The notes under the pieces are model-generated. The model ran no database searches. It was not told where the DNA came from and worked only from the letters and a program-made list of their open reading frames with translations. Positions 15,540 through 27,270 of a DNA stretch of 64,000 nucleotides are shown here, one piece after another. The stretch is from the human T2T-CHM13v2.0 reference genome, Homo sapiens. The position numbers were made by a program, and so were the translations under genes. How positions within the stretch are numbered: position 1 is the first letter of the stretch; every line of letters starts with the position of its first letter. The DNA lies in assembly GCF_009914755.1 (NCBI RefSeq), contig NC_060934.1, one strand, 5' to 3'.

Positions 15540-16104
15540 TTTTCTTTTTTTTATTACACTTTAAGTTTTAGGGTACATGTGCACAATGTGCAGGTTAGTT
15601 ACATATGTATACATGTGCCATGCTGGTGTGCTGCACCCATTAACTTGTCATTTAGCATTAGGTATATCTCCTAATGCTATCCCTCCCCCCTCCTCCCACC
15701 CCACAACAGTCCCCTTCCTGTGTCTATGTGTTCTCATTGTTCAATTCCCACCTATGAATGAGAACACGTGGTGTTTGGTTTTTTGTCCTTGCTATAGTTT
15801 ACTGAGAATGATGATTTCCAATTTCATCCATGTCCCTACAAAGGACATGAACTCATCATTTTTTATGGCTGCATAGTGTTCCATGGTGTATATGTGCCAC
15901 ATTTTCTTAATCCAGTCTATCATTGTTGGACATTTGGGTTGGTTCCAAGTCTTTGCTATTGTGAATAGTGCCGCAATAAACATACGTGTGCATGTGTCTT
16001 TATAGCAGCATGATTTATAGTCTTTTGGGTATATACCCAGTAATGGGATGGCTGGGTCAAATGGTATTTCTAGTTCTAGATCCCTTAGGAATTGCCACAC
16101 TGAC
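15540..16104 (-). mobile_element. 5'-truncated L1PA (L1PA3-like) 3' end
   Basis: L1 3' UTR plus ORF2p C-terminus ([33 protein letters not shown]...; ORF track 15792-16160). GCATTAGGAG/GCTAAATGAC diagnostics, short TSD GTTTT, 17-bp internal deletion at ~15714. Confidence 0.95.
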
Positions 16105-16974
16105 GTTTTAAAAGTGAAATCAGAGAGTGTTTTTGGTTTTCTTGAAGCTGCCTTTGACATTTTAGCAACACAGCTGGGAGGGTAAGGTAGAAAACTCCAA
16201 GAAGTTGGAATTCAACTGTCAAAGTCAAAGCGGGGATGGACTTTTGGGAGTCCTGCCACAGCGGGACCTGAACTCAAGTCTTAACTTCTCCTCTAGGGCT
16301 CTTGTGTGAAAGAGGAATAGCTTCCTGCAGTTCACAAGGGTCGTACCATGATCAATTATTATTACGTTACACATCACTTCTGTACCAATTTATATTGGCA
16401 CATGAAGTTAATATATCCCTATATCCATGCATTGCCTTTGTGATTTGGGAAAATCCGATGCCTTGGCCAAACCTCTGAATCATGTGACCACGTTTTAGCC
16501 TAATTTGGTGAACAAATCTTTAACCTCCATGTCTTCAAGTGCAGCATCAGTGGGTCATGGATCCAGAAGGTTGGCTGATTGGGATTCTCTTGCTGGGTGC
16601 TGCCGCACCTTGTGTGTCGGGTGCCGACACCTTGATCATTTCGGCCAGACCCCCAAGAGAGCCCACAGACCACCATGCTGGGTGGAGGCACCCAACACCT
16701 GGCTGACTGCGTGAACTTCTTGCTTCCCAGTGGCTCTCCAAACTAGTTGTGGAGGACGCGAAGGGGTTTCCTGATGTCAAAATAAAAATAACGATGTCTG
16801 TAGTTTCCCAGGAGGAATAATTGTTGATGTTGAGGCATGATCTCTGCATGCATTCTGTACCTGCTCCAGGGTGCCAGTGGAGGCTACACCCCTCTCCCCC
16901 TCTTCTGCTCTCTGCGACACCCCTGCCACAACAGACCTTGACTCTCCAGGCTGGGACCCAGGAATCCGTACTCT

Positions 16975-17560
16975 TTCAAAACCACTTTATTGAGTGTAAT
17001 TGACAGACAGTAAGCCACACATATTTAAAGAATATGATTTGAGAAGTTAGGATATATCCATACCCGTGTGAATCTACATACCACAAACAAGTTATCCATC
17101 ACTGCTGAAAGTTTACTCATGCCCCTTTATAATCCTGCCCTGTCATCCCTTCCTGTCCCCTGAACCCTAAGCAGCCACTGTTCTTGCTTTCTGTCGCTCT
17201 GGATTCGCTTGTATTTTCTGGATTTGCTTGTATTTTCTGGATTTGTCTATAGATGGAATCATATAGCAAGTACCCTTTCTCATGTGCCTTTACTTACTCA
17301 GCATGAAGATTTTGAGATTCATCTACACTGTTGGCGTATCAGTAGTTCATTCCTTTTTCTTATTGAGTAGTGACCCACTGTATCGATAGACCACAGTTTG
17401 TTTACCCACTCAACTGTTTGCGCAGGTGGGTTGTTTCTAGTCTCTCTATGGACAGAGATTTCCTTTTCTCTTGAGTAAATACTTAGGAACATCTGGATCA
17501 TATGGTAGGTATAGGTTTAACTTTTCCAGAAATTGACAACCTGTTTTCCAAAGTGGTTAT
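16975..17560 (-). mobile_element. Old L1M (L1ME/MD-like) 3' fragment
   Basis: CTTTATTGAG...ATGGAATCATATAG...TTTTGAGATTCATC...TTTTCCAAAGTGGTT. Confidence 0.85.
17198..17245. repeat. 19-bp tandem repeat x2.5 (TCTGGATTYGCTTGTATTT)
   Basis: Read directly, inside the L1M. Confidence 0.9.
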
Positions 17561-18101
17561 TCTTTGGGACAAGGAATCGTTGTTTTTAGATAAGCTTCCC
17601 CAATTCTCCTGTGGCCTCTCCCTTCCCGAGACGGTCTAATGGCCCTGAGCGATGGCTCCTATGTGCCCATCTCCACCTGTTCTCTCAGGGCTAGCTTGGC
17701 CTTGGCACCTCACTGCAGGCCGCCCCTCTGCTTGGGGTGCTGGACAAGCAGAAGGGGAACACTCAAGTTCTTTCTCTCCATAACTGCCTTCGGGAAGCCA
17801 TGGCAGATGCGTTGACTCTCTGTAGGGCTGGCAAGCTGTGTGGCGAGTCCCTTATCCAATGTTGCTGTGTCCCACAGGGAGGTCTTAAAGAGGCAGCCGA
17901 CTTTTGTGGCCTCCTTGTGAAAGCTTCGATGCCTCAGGGATTATTTCTGAGCTGACTGCTAGTTGGACTTGGGCCCACTGAAGAGACAGCCTGGGATCGG
18001 ATGTCCAGAAGAGACAGATCTGAGCACGTCTCTTTCCTCTCCCTCCTCTTTTCTTCTTAGCCCTTCCACCTATCACTCATTCATTGCCCCTTCCTAGGTT
18101 C

Positions 18102-18791
<690 letters not shown>

Positions 18792-19103
18792 GGTGCTGAG
18801 CCCTGAGTGCAGTGCTTATGATAGAAAGATGAGCTGGATAGTTCTTCCCCTTGTGCAGCTCAGCATCCTGGGGGAGAGAAAGTGGGAAGATCCAGTTTTC
18901 TGATGAAAGAAGATGGAAGGAGGAGGGCTCGGTGCTACTAGGGGGGTGGGAGTGGATGGTTAAGACCAACTTGACTCCAGTGACAGCAGCAAGGGCTCCT
19001 CATTCCTGTTGATGGTGTGTCCTTCAAAACGTGCCGTGGTTCTCAAGGAGTGAGTGGCGGTGGCCTGCAGCCCTCTGGCACTTTGTGGCCGAGGCCAGCT
19101 CCA

Positions 19104-19151
19104 ACGCTGCAGGGCAAGAAGAGCCACGCTGCAGGGCAAGAAGAGCCACGC
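19104..19151. repeat. Perfect 22-bp tandem duplication
   Basis: ACGCTGCAGGGCAAGAAGAGCC x2 followed by ACGC. Confidence 0.97.
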
Positions 19152-20002
19152 AGCAGCACTGATGTGCGTGCCAGTAACTGCCTGGTGTTCTAGTGAGTGC
19201 TCTCCCTCGAGGAGCCTACTCCATTCTCTAGGGGATCATGTGAAAAGTAGAGCAGCTTTGGGAAAGTGTGAAGTCTCTGTTGTGTCTCTGGAGAAGTTAT
19301 CGCCTGGTTTGCACATGCTGGAGGGTGGGGTGGTGGTGGAGGAGGAGGGCGCATGATGCCTACAACCTGGCTACACTGGCTCTTTTCATCCTTGAATTCC
19401 TGCCTCAGGAACCCTACAAACCCAGTGCCCAGAGTATTGCACTGGGGCCAGAATGGGAAGAGCCCTGAATACAAGAGAACTGTGGTATTGGGGCTATACC
19501 TATAAGCATCAGGAAGTCCCCTGCTCTGTGCCCAGGGAGTTGGAGGCCTTAGTACCCTTATCTCTGGAGGCTTCTCCCTGGCCGTGCAGAACAGCTGCAG
19601 GAAAGGGGGAAAGCAACTTAACAAAAATTGGTCCAGGGACAAATTATGCTTAGTAATGGATTATCCCAAACATGCTTTGTCTGAGTGTCCTGAGGCCATG
19701 GTGACAAAAAGTTAGTGCCGTAACACACACGGAATCAATTCTCTGAGCCTGTGCACTGTCACACTTGTTGCCTCAAGCTCACAAATGGAGTTTTTCTTGT
19801 TGGTTTTAATACCTGCAGGAACGTGAATGTCGGCTCTCCAGCCAGCAAGGCCAGCGCCCACCCATCCATCCCTCTGCCATCCTCCATAGGTGGTTCTGAT
19901 GGCTCTGGTCAGCTGTCATTCGTCCTCCCATCTCTCAGCCTTTGTAGGATAGTTGATACCTGTTTTATTCTTTTATTGTTATTTTAGGGGTCTCAGCATG
20001 GA

Positions 20003-20135
20003 AATATATTGGTGTATAAGTACCTGTTCCAGTCCTTGTTTTCACTTCTCTTGGGACTATACCTAGAATTGGAATTGCTAGATGCTATGGTAATTCCGTG
20101 TTTAATTTTTTGAGGCACTGCCAAATTATTTTTCT
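20003..20135 (-). mobile_element. L1M fragment
   Basis: ATACCTAGAATTGGAATTGCTAGAT...TTTAATTTTTTGAGGCACTGCCAAA. Confidence 0.75.
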
Positions 20136-20159
20136 CCCAGAATGCTTTGGAGGCAATGA

Positions 20160-20498
<339 letters not shown>

Positions 20499-23400
20499 TG
20501 ATTTCCCGTTTTCTGCAGGGTAAAGCCTCAGGGCCGGCCCATTGCTTTCAGGACTTTTCTCACTCTGTCCCCAGCACAAGGATCTTCTCCATCTAGATGG
20601 ATTTGCCACCATGTGCTGCCTCCATGCTTGGGCTGGGTCATTCTGCTCACATGGACACCCCTTCACCTTCCTCTCAGGGACTCTGCACATGCTGCCTTCA
20701 CTGCCTCCTTGGGAAAAAATTGCTCCTCCCGGCTGCTCCCAAAGCAGTTCTTGTGGGTCTGGCCAGGGACCCCCCTAACCCTACTTTACTAACTACCCTG
20801 GGTTGGCAGTCTCTGCCCCGAGCTCTCCTGTTCCTCTCCCCTGCTCTTGAGCTCCCATTAGGTGTCGAGCACCCAGAAGTGGTGATGGCTCGTTCATTTT
20901 GGCCATGTCTGTGCACGGCTCACCCCTGGTGCTTGTATGCGGATGCTTGTGACCACACAGCCTGTATTTGAGCCACTGTTCTGTAATCAGCCTCTCCTGT
21001 GGTGGCATCTTCTTCACAGGGAGGGATCTGGCCGACCTCGGGTCTTAGCACGGCTGAGCCTTTGAAGCTGGCAGGTTGCCCTGGGTTCCCGGGGTGGTGG
21101 TTGGCCGCCTCTTCTCTTGGGCCCCTGCCCATTTGGAAGCGTGCCCTTGAGCACTGCCATCCCCGAGCCAGGCCATCAAGTCATCCGATCCCCCGAGGTG
21201 GCTGAGAAGCTGGCTGAATGTCCCTGCTGTGAACCAGTGATGGAGAACCAGGCTGCTACTTAGCTTTGTGGATGGATTCGGTAAAGACTAAATCTCTTAT
21301 TTCTAAGACGTGATCTCATTGCACAGACAACAGCCTGAGTGGCCTGTCACCCAAGCAGAAATCCTGGAGACATCTGTTGAGCCTATCCTGTTTCTCATTG
21401 CCATTGGTGACCTCCCTCCTGGGCATCTGTCCCTTGCCCTCCCCTCCTTGGTCTGCGTCTCTTGCTCTGCTGGCCACTGTCGCTTTCTGTGTGATCTCCC
21501 CATGCCAGTGTGCCCTGCTGTGATTTGCCTTTTCACACAGCACCTCTTCCTTGAGTTCGGACCCAAGCTGCACTCTCCAAACCACTGACTTCACTTGCTC
21601 CTCCCCCCACTCACATTTTGGGGCCCTAAATTACTTTAGTATCGTGAGTGAGCACTGGGCTGTCTCTTTCACAGTCTAGATTTGCACAAACCTTTCTCTG
21701 AGCCTGGACCATTCTCCCAGGTCTTCACCAGGCCAGTTCCTCCTGGAGCTCCAGACTGCAGCAGAGCTGTCTCTTGCTGGGATGGGAGACACTTCTCTGG
21801 CCCCAGTGCTGCTGTTCCCCCTGCTAGTTTTCCCCCTTTCCTTGGCAGCCCGTCTCACCAGGCTGTCTTGTAACAGTCTGTTTTCCTTGTCTGTCTCCCT
21901 CACCAACCTGATGTGTCTGCACTGCTGTGTCCTCAGCTCCTAGACCAGGGTCGGGTTCCGGCTGGGGCAGGAGAGGCGTGTGCTGCGGCCCTGGATGGGC
22001 TCATGGGCAGATGGACTATCGAGCAGATGGATCAAGGCCCCCTGTGGGTCCAGGTTTCTCCCCAGAGCCTGAAGGGTTGGCCCCGGTGGTCTGTGACAGC
22101 TTCCTGCTCTGGTGGTCAGCAGCTGGGCACAGAACTACCTGGAGTGGAGGTGAGATCCCAGGAGTTGTCAGGAGAGTCCAGGGTTGGCGGGGGCCCCAGA
22201 GGCTTCCGGGAGGCTTCTAGAAGCTCTTGAGCGCTTTCTCCTGCCCAACATGAATGTCTTGTCTTAAAGGTGAGGCCTTGTGAGAAAGCAGGACTAGGTG
22301 AGGCCGGAGGAGTGACAGTCGCCCAGTTGATGCTGTGGAGTTCTCCAGGCTGCTGGCCCATCCAGTCCCTCCTCTAGGCCCTGAGTTACTGTGTCACTGG
22401 GGCCTGGTCCTGCTGCAGAGTTGGGGCACATCTCAGGGCCTTTCAGAGCTGATAAGGGGCCTGGCCTGCTTTCAGTTTTTTGGTTTTGTTTTGAGGCTTC
22501 CAGTTCATTAAAACAATTAAAATGCCCTAAGAAAGCTATAAATATTAATATTATGGTATTTTAAACTGGTAACCTTTGTCAGGATGGTGTTTTTTTTTTA
22601 AACCAAAAACAACATAGCAATATAATTAGTCTAGTCACAAGGTAATGCTAGGATTTATAGGAAATATTAATTCATAGTGTGCTCAGTCTGGGTGGACCTG
22701 TGATGGGACGGGAGTGTCCTCCAGCCCTGCAGCTCAACATGGTCACATTTGGAGATGAGATGAAGTATTTGACTTTGAGGCTTCTGTGAAAATGAATCCA
22801 CACCCCATTCCCACCTCGTCCCCTAACCTGCACCCCTCCAAGCCCTGCAAGTCCTTCTTCTAGGCTGGGAAATGAGGACATAGGAGTGAGGCTGCAGGGA
22901 AGGAGTGAGACATACACGTTCCTGAGGCCTTGAGTTCCAGGCTTCAGGAACGCCTGCCCGTGCCCGGGCTCTGTATTCCCTGGCCAGTGCTGACGGTGTC
23001 TCTGGCAAAAATGCAAGTACCCTTGGAGGCTAGGCCTTGGGGTGGAGCTAGCTCAGACACCTGCCCTCTGGGAACATTGCCTTCTTCTGCTTTCTAATGC
23101 TGATGGCTTCCCTGAGATCCCAGAGTCATCAAGGGTCACCCTGCAGATGGGACCATGAGCCCCACTCCCCAAAATGTGGCTTGCTCAAGGTCACATAGGT
23201 AGTAGCAAAGCTGAGACGTGAGCCTGGCCCTTCAAAGCCTAAATTGGGGATAACTCTGGCAAGAGAATGTTTCAAGGTTCATCTTTGTGTCCCCAGAGCC
23301 TGGCATGTCATAGGGAGATAGAAAGTATCTGTTGAATGAGCAAGAGCAGCCAACATGGATCGAGAGCCAGGAACTGTGGTAACTGCACATCTGTCTGATC

Positions 23401-23573
23401 TCATTGATTCCTCCCCAGCTCTGGGCAGTGTACTTCGGTACTCGGATCCCCTGTGGGCAGATGAGGAGGAAGCTGGGTACAGGTAGGAAATGAAACCTGC
23501 CCAACATCAAACAACCAGTCAAGGAAGCTGAGGTTTGGGCCCAGATGGTGTATGTCAGAGCCACTGTCTAGGC

Positions 23574-24063
23574 CAGCGCTGTCCAGTGGAAATAAACGTG
23601 AGCCTCTTATGAAGTAGAAAAAATTCTAGTAGCCACCTTTAGAAAAGTAAAAGAGGAACAACTGATATTATTTTAATAATATTTTAATAATATATTTTAT
23701 TTAATCCAGTATCTGCAAATGGTTATCATTTTAGTATATCATTAATATAAAAATCCTTTTCTTTTTTGTAGAAATGTTGCCTGGGCTGGTCTCAAACAGT
23801 TCTCTCACCTTGACCTCCCAAAGTGCTGGGATTACAAATGTGAGCCACTGAGCCCGGCTATTTAATCCGATATGTACAAATGATCATTTTAGTACACCAT
23901 CAATATGAAAATTATTAACAAGATATTTTACATTCCTTTTTCTATGCTAAGCAGTTACAATCCAGTTTATCTTACCTCAGAGCACCTCTGAACTCCCACC
24001 AGCCACATCTCAAGTGCTCCTCAGCTTCTGTGTCCAGGGGCTTTGGCGCAGAACAGGCTGCTG
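23574..24063. mobile_element. MER33 (hAT-Charlie) containing an Alu monomer
   Basis: CAGCGCTGTCCA start, TTCTAGTAGCCAC, AGCCACATCTCAAGTGCTC. Confidence 0.85.
23757..23858 (-). mobile_element. Degenerate Alu left monomer (FLAM/AluJ-like)
   Basis: CTCCCAAAGTGCTGGGATTACAAATGTGAGCCACTGAGCCCGGC; only ~100 bp. Confidence 0.85.
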
Positions 24064-25448
24064 TGGCCTCTCAGTCGTCAGTGGGTGAATATTGGGAGTT
24101 GTTAGCCATTTGGAGGTGTGGGAAGCATGAGGAGGTGATGAAAGGGCCTAACAGACAGAGGTGGAGGGTCAGGCCTGAGCCTGTGTACTGGGCTGCCAGT
24201 GACACCACGTGTCTCTCCCAAGTGTGAGTGCTGGATGCAAGGCTGCCGTCCTGGCAAAGGGATGTCTCACTGGGGCCTCTCGTGGAAATGGAGGGGAGGT
24301 CCTGGGCAGGGCTCTGCAGAGCACAGGCATCCGAGCTCCCCATCCTGGGCTGCCTGGAGGACTTGCCAGTCTGCGTGGGGATCTGGCTCTGAGCTCTGTT
24401 GCTTTTGGCCAAGGGCTGTTGCAACACTCCCGGAGCCCAGAACAGGTACGATGTGTTCCTCATGAAAGGTTATGAGGTTTCAGACATAACAGAGGTTCTG
24501 AGGATGCAAAGAGAGGAGGTCTCAGGGCTCATGTCTAGAGTGAAGTCATCAGACCTATACATCATGGGTTCACGTTGGCTGGCATCTCTAAGCGCACCTC
24601 AGGCTGGGGGCAACCAGTACTAGGGGCGACAAGGACAGACTTTGGTGGAGGTAGGGGGAGCACTAAGGGACTCCTGTTTTCTCAAATGGGTCTCTAATGA
24701 AAGAGGTTAAAGAAACTGTCACTTAAAGCATTTCCTGGGTTGGTCCTGAGTACAGTGGGAGGGTGGGTGGTAAGAAGAAACCTCCCTGGGCCAGGCTCCC
24801 CAAGGCTCGATTCCTGGGTTGGGGGCAGAGATTGGAGGAATCTGTGGCCAGCCCTGGCCCAGACAGTTTCTGAAAAAGCAAATCAGGGTTTGTAACAGTT
24901 AAGTCTGTCCCGGGGAAGTGTTCCATTGCACCTTGATTTATGCCACTGGAAACATTTTATACTGAGGACTGTCCATTGGCCAAACAAGCCTTGGGGCCAA
25001 AGGCACAGCAGGGAAGATGGTTGCTGTGTGAACCATCAGCTCTACTCTGCTTGTGGGGACCATGGGCGCAGTTCTTAAAAGCCCGCACTGGGTGATGCAG
25101 AAATGGGGCGGTGACACGGTAAAAGGAGCGGTGGCAGGCAAAAACTTTTAACAACAACAGTAAAACCTGTTTTATAAAAGCCATATCCGTGGAGGTAGGA
25201 ATTGGGAGCAGGGAGCCGCTGAGTGCTGGGGCTGGGACCTGGCCAGAGTAGGGAGGGATGAAGGACCCCTGTGATCAAGGTCAAGTCCTCACCTCATGAC
25301 TTCCTGGCAGAACGTCCTTGGGCAAGGCTCAGCTTCCCTGTCTGCAAAATGGGGCTCATAACCCCTCCTTTCCTTGCAAGCTCATATTAGATGCTGCATG
25401 TGGAAGTACAGAGCAAAGTACCCCACAAATCCAGGGGGTTATTCTTTC

Positions 25449-25521
25449 TATTAACCCCACTGTGAATGTTTTACTTTCATTTTTATTAACCCCACTGTGA
25501 ATGTTTTACTTTCATTTTTAT
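25449..25521. repeat. Perfect 35-bp tandem duplication
   Basis: TATTAACCCCACTGTGAATGTTTTACTTTCATTTT x2 followed by TAT. Confidence 0.97.
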
Positions 25522-26369
25522 GTATTCTGTAGCCTTTAGGTGTCATGTTACTTTATCAGGATTTTAAAAACTTTTCATTATGAAGCGTTTCAAATGTACT
25601 CAAAAAATAGAGAGGATAGTGTAATGAACACCCTGTACCCTGCAGCCACCACTACAACTCTTAACTATTTCATCAGGGCAATTTGAGCTCACTGTTACAG
25701 TAATCCCTTTCATTAATTGAGTTCCCAAAGTGCTTTAAGTCCTTTGAAGTAAAATCTTCACTGCACAAGTTGGCGCAAAATCTGCCCCCTTGTTTGGGAA
25801 AAAGAGTGTTTTTGTATGTTAGGTTTTTTTGACTCATTCTTGCCACAGTCTGTGATTGGATTTTTCAGTACCATCTAATTGTTGGTTGTACAATATAGAG
25901 ACAGTCACACGTGGGGGTCTGGAGGGCCCCAGGGCCCCCCTCAGCCTTCCTTAAGCTACCAGGGCAAGTTCAATTCTCTCAGGAGTTTGGGGGCCTCTGT
26001 TGACTCTGCTTTTCAATTTGCTATAATTTGAAGGGAAAAGGTTGTTCTGGAGTGGCTGGCAGGAATAATGAAGGGCTGGGAAGTTTGTTGTCTCCGGTCA
26101 GCCCGCCTCCCCTGTTGCAGCCCGCCATGCAGGCACCCCTTGGAAGCGGTCACTTTGGGGCTGGTCACCCATTCCCTTGCCTGGAGGCAGAGGTTTTGGT
26201 GGAAAAGGTGGGGAGGTGAGGGGTCAGGGGATGAAGGCCGATTGTTTTTATCTGTTTGGGATCAAAGGCTCAGTGTGTATAACAAGCTTCTGGTAAAACT
26301 CTTTTTCTTGTCCGTAAGATGGCATTGGTGATGACTCTGGGCAGTTGTGAGGATGAAATGTAAGGTCCA

Positions 26370-26464
26370 GGAGATGTCCTGTCTGTCTTGTTCACTAATG
26401 TGTCCCCTGTGTCTAGAACAGTGTTCGCACAGAGCACATGCTCAATAAATTTATATTGAAGAAT
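26370..26464 (+). mobile_element. L2 3' end
   Basis: TGTCTGTCTTGTTCACT...TAGAACAGTG...GCTCAATAAAT...TTGAAGAAT. Confidence 0.8.
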
Positions 26465-27270
26465 AGGAGGGAAGGGAGGGAGGAAAGAAGGAAGAAAGGA
26501 AGGGAGGGAGGGAGAGAGGAAGGGAGAGAAGGAAGGAAGAATGGAGAAGGCAGGGAGGGAAGGAAGCAAGGGAGGGAAGGAGAGAAGAAGGGAGGGAGAG
26601 ACAGGAGGAAAGGAGGGAGAGAACAGGGAGAGAGGGAAGAAAGGAAGGGAGGGAGAGAGGGAGGGAGGAAGGGAGAGAGGAGGAAGGGAAGGAGGAAGGG
26701 AGGGAGAGAGGGAGGGAGGAAGGAAGGGAGGGAGAGAGGGAGGGAGGAAGGGAGAGAGGAGGAAGGGAAGGAGGAAGGGAGGGAGAGAGGGAGGGAGGAA
26801 GGAAGGGAGGGAGAGAGGGAGGGAGGAAGGGAGAGAGGAGGAAGGGAAGGAGGAAGGGAGGGAGAGAAGAAAGAGGGAAGAAAGGAAGGGAGGGAGAGAG
26901 GGAGGGAAGGAAGGAAGGGAAGAAGGAAGGGAAGGAGGAAGGGAGAGAGGAGGAAGGGAAGGAGGAAGGGAGGGAGAGAAGAAAGAGGGAAGAAAGGAAG
27001 GGAGGGAGAGAGGGAGGGAGGAAGGGAGAGAGGAGGAAGGGAAGGAGGAAGGGAGGGAGAGAGGGAGGGAAGGAAGGAAGGGAAGAAGAAAGGGAAGGAG
27101 GAAGGGAGAGAGGAGGAAGGGAAGGAGGAAGGGAGGGAGAGAAGAAAGAGGGGAGAAAGGAAGGGAGGGAGAGAGGGAGGGAGGAAGGAAGGGAAGAAGG
27201 AAGGGAGGAAAGAAGGGAGAAGGTAAGGAGGGAGGGAAGGAAGAAAAAAGGGAAGAGAGGAAGAAGGGAG
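26465..27270 (+). repeat. ~800-bp polypurine (GGAA/GGGA/GA) tract with a cryptic ~80-bp period VNTR
   Basis: Almost pure A/G; an identical 46-bp block starts at 26664, 26743, 26822, 26934, 27017 and 27097. Confidence 0.97.

Noticed and set aside
15792-16160. 122-aa ORF with real protein similarity
   Set aside because: It is the C-terminus of L1 ORF2p in a 5'-truncated L1, fused to flanking sequence, with no promoter or true start.
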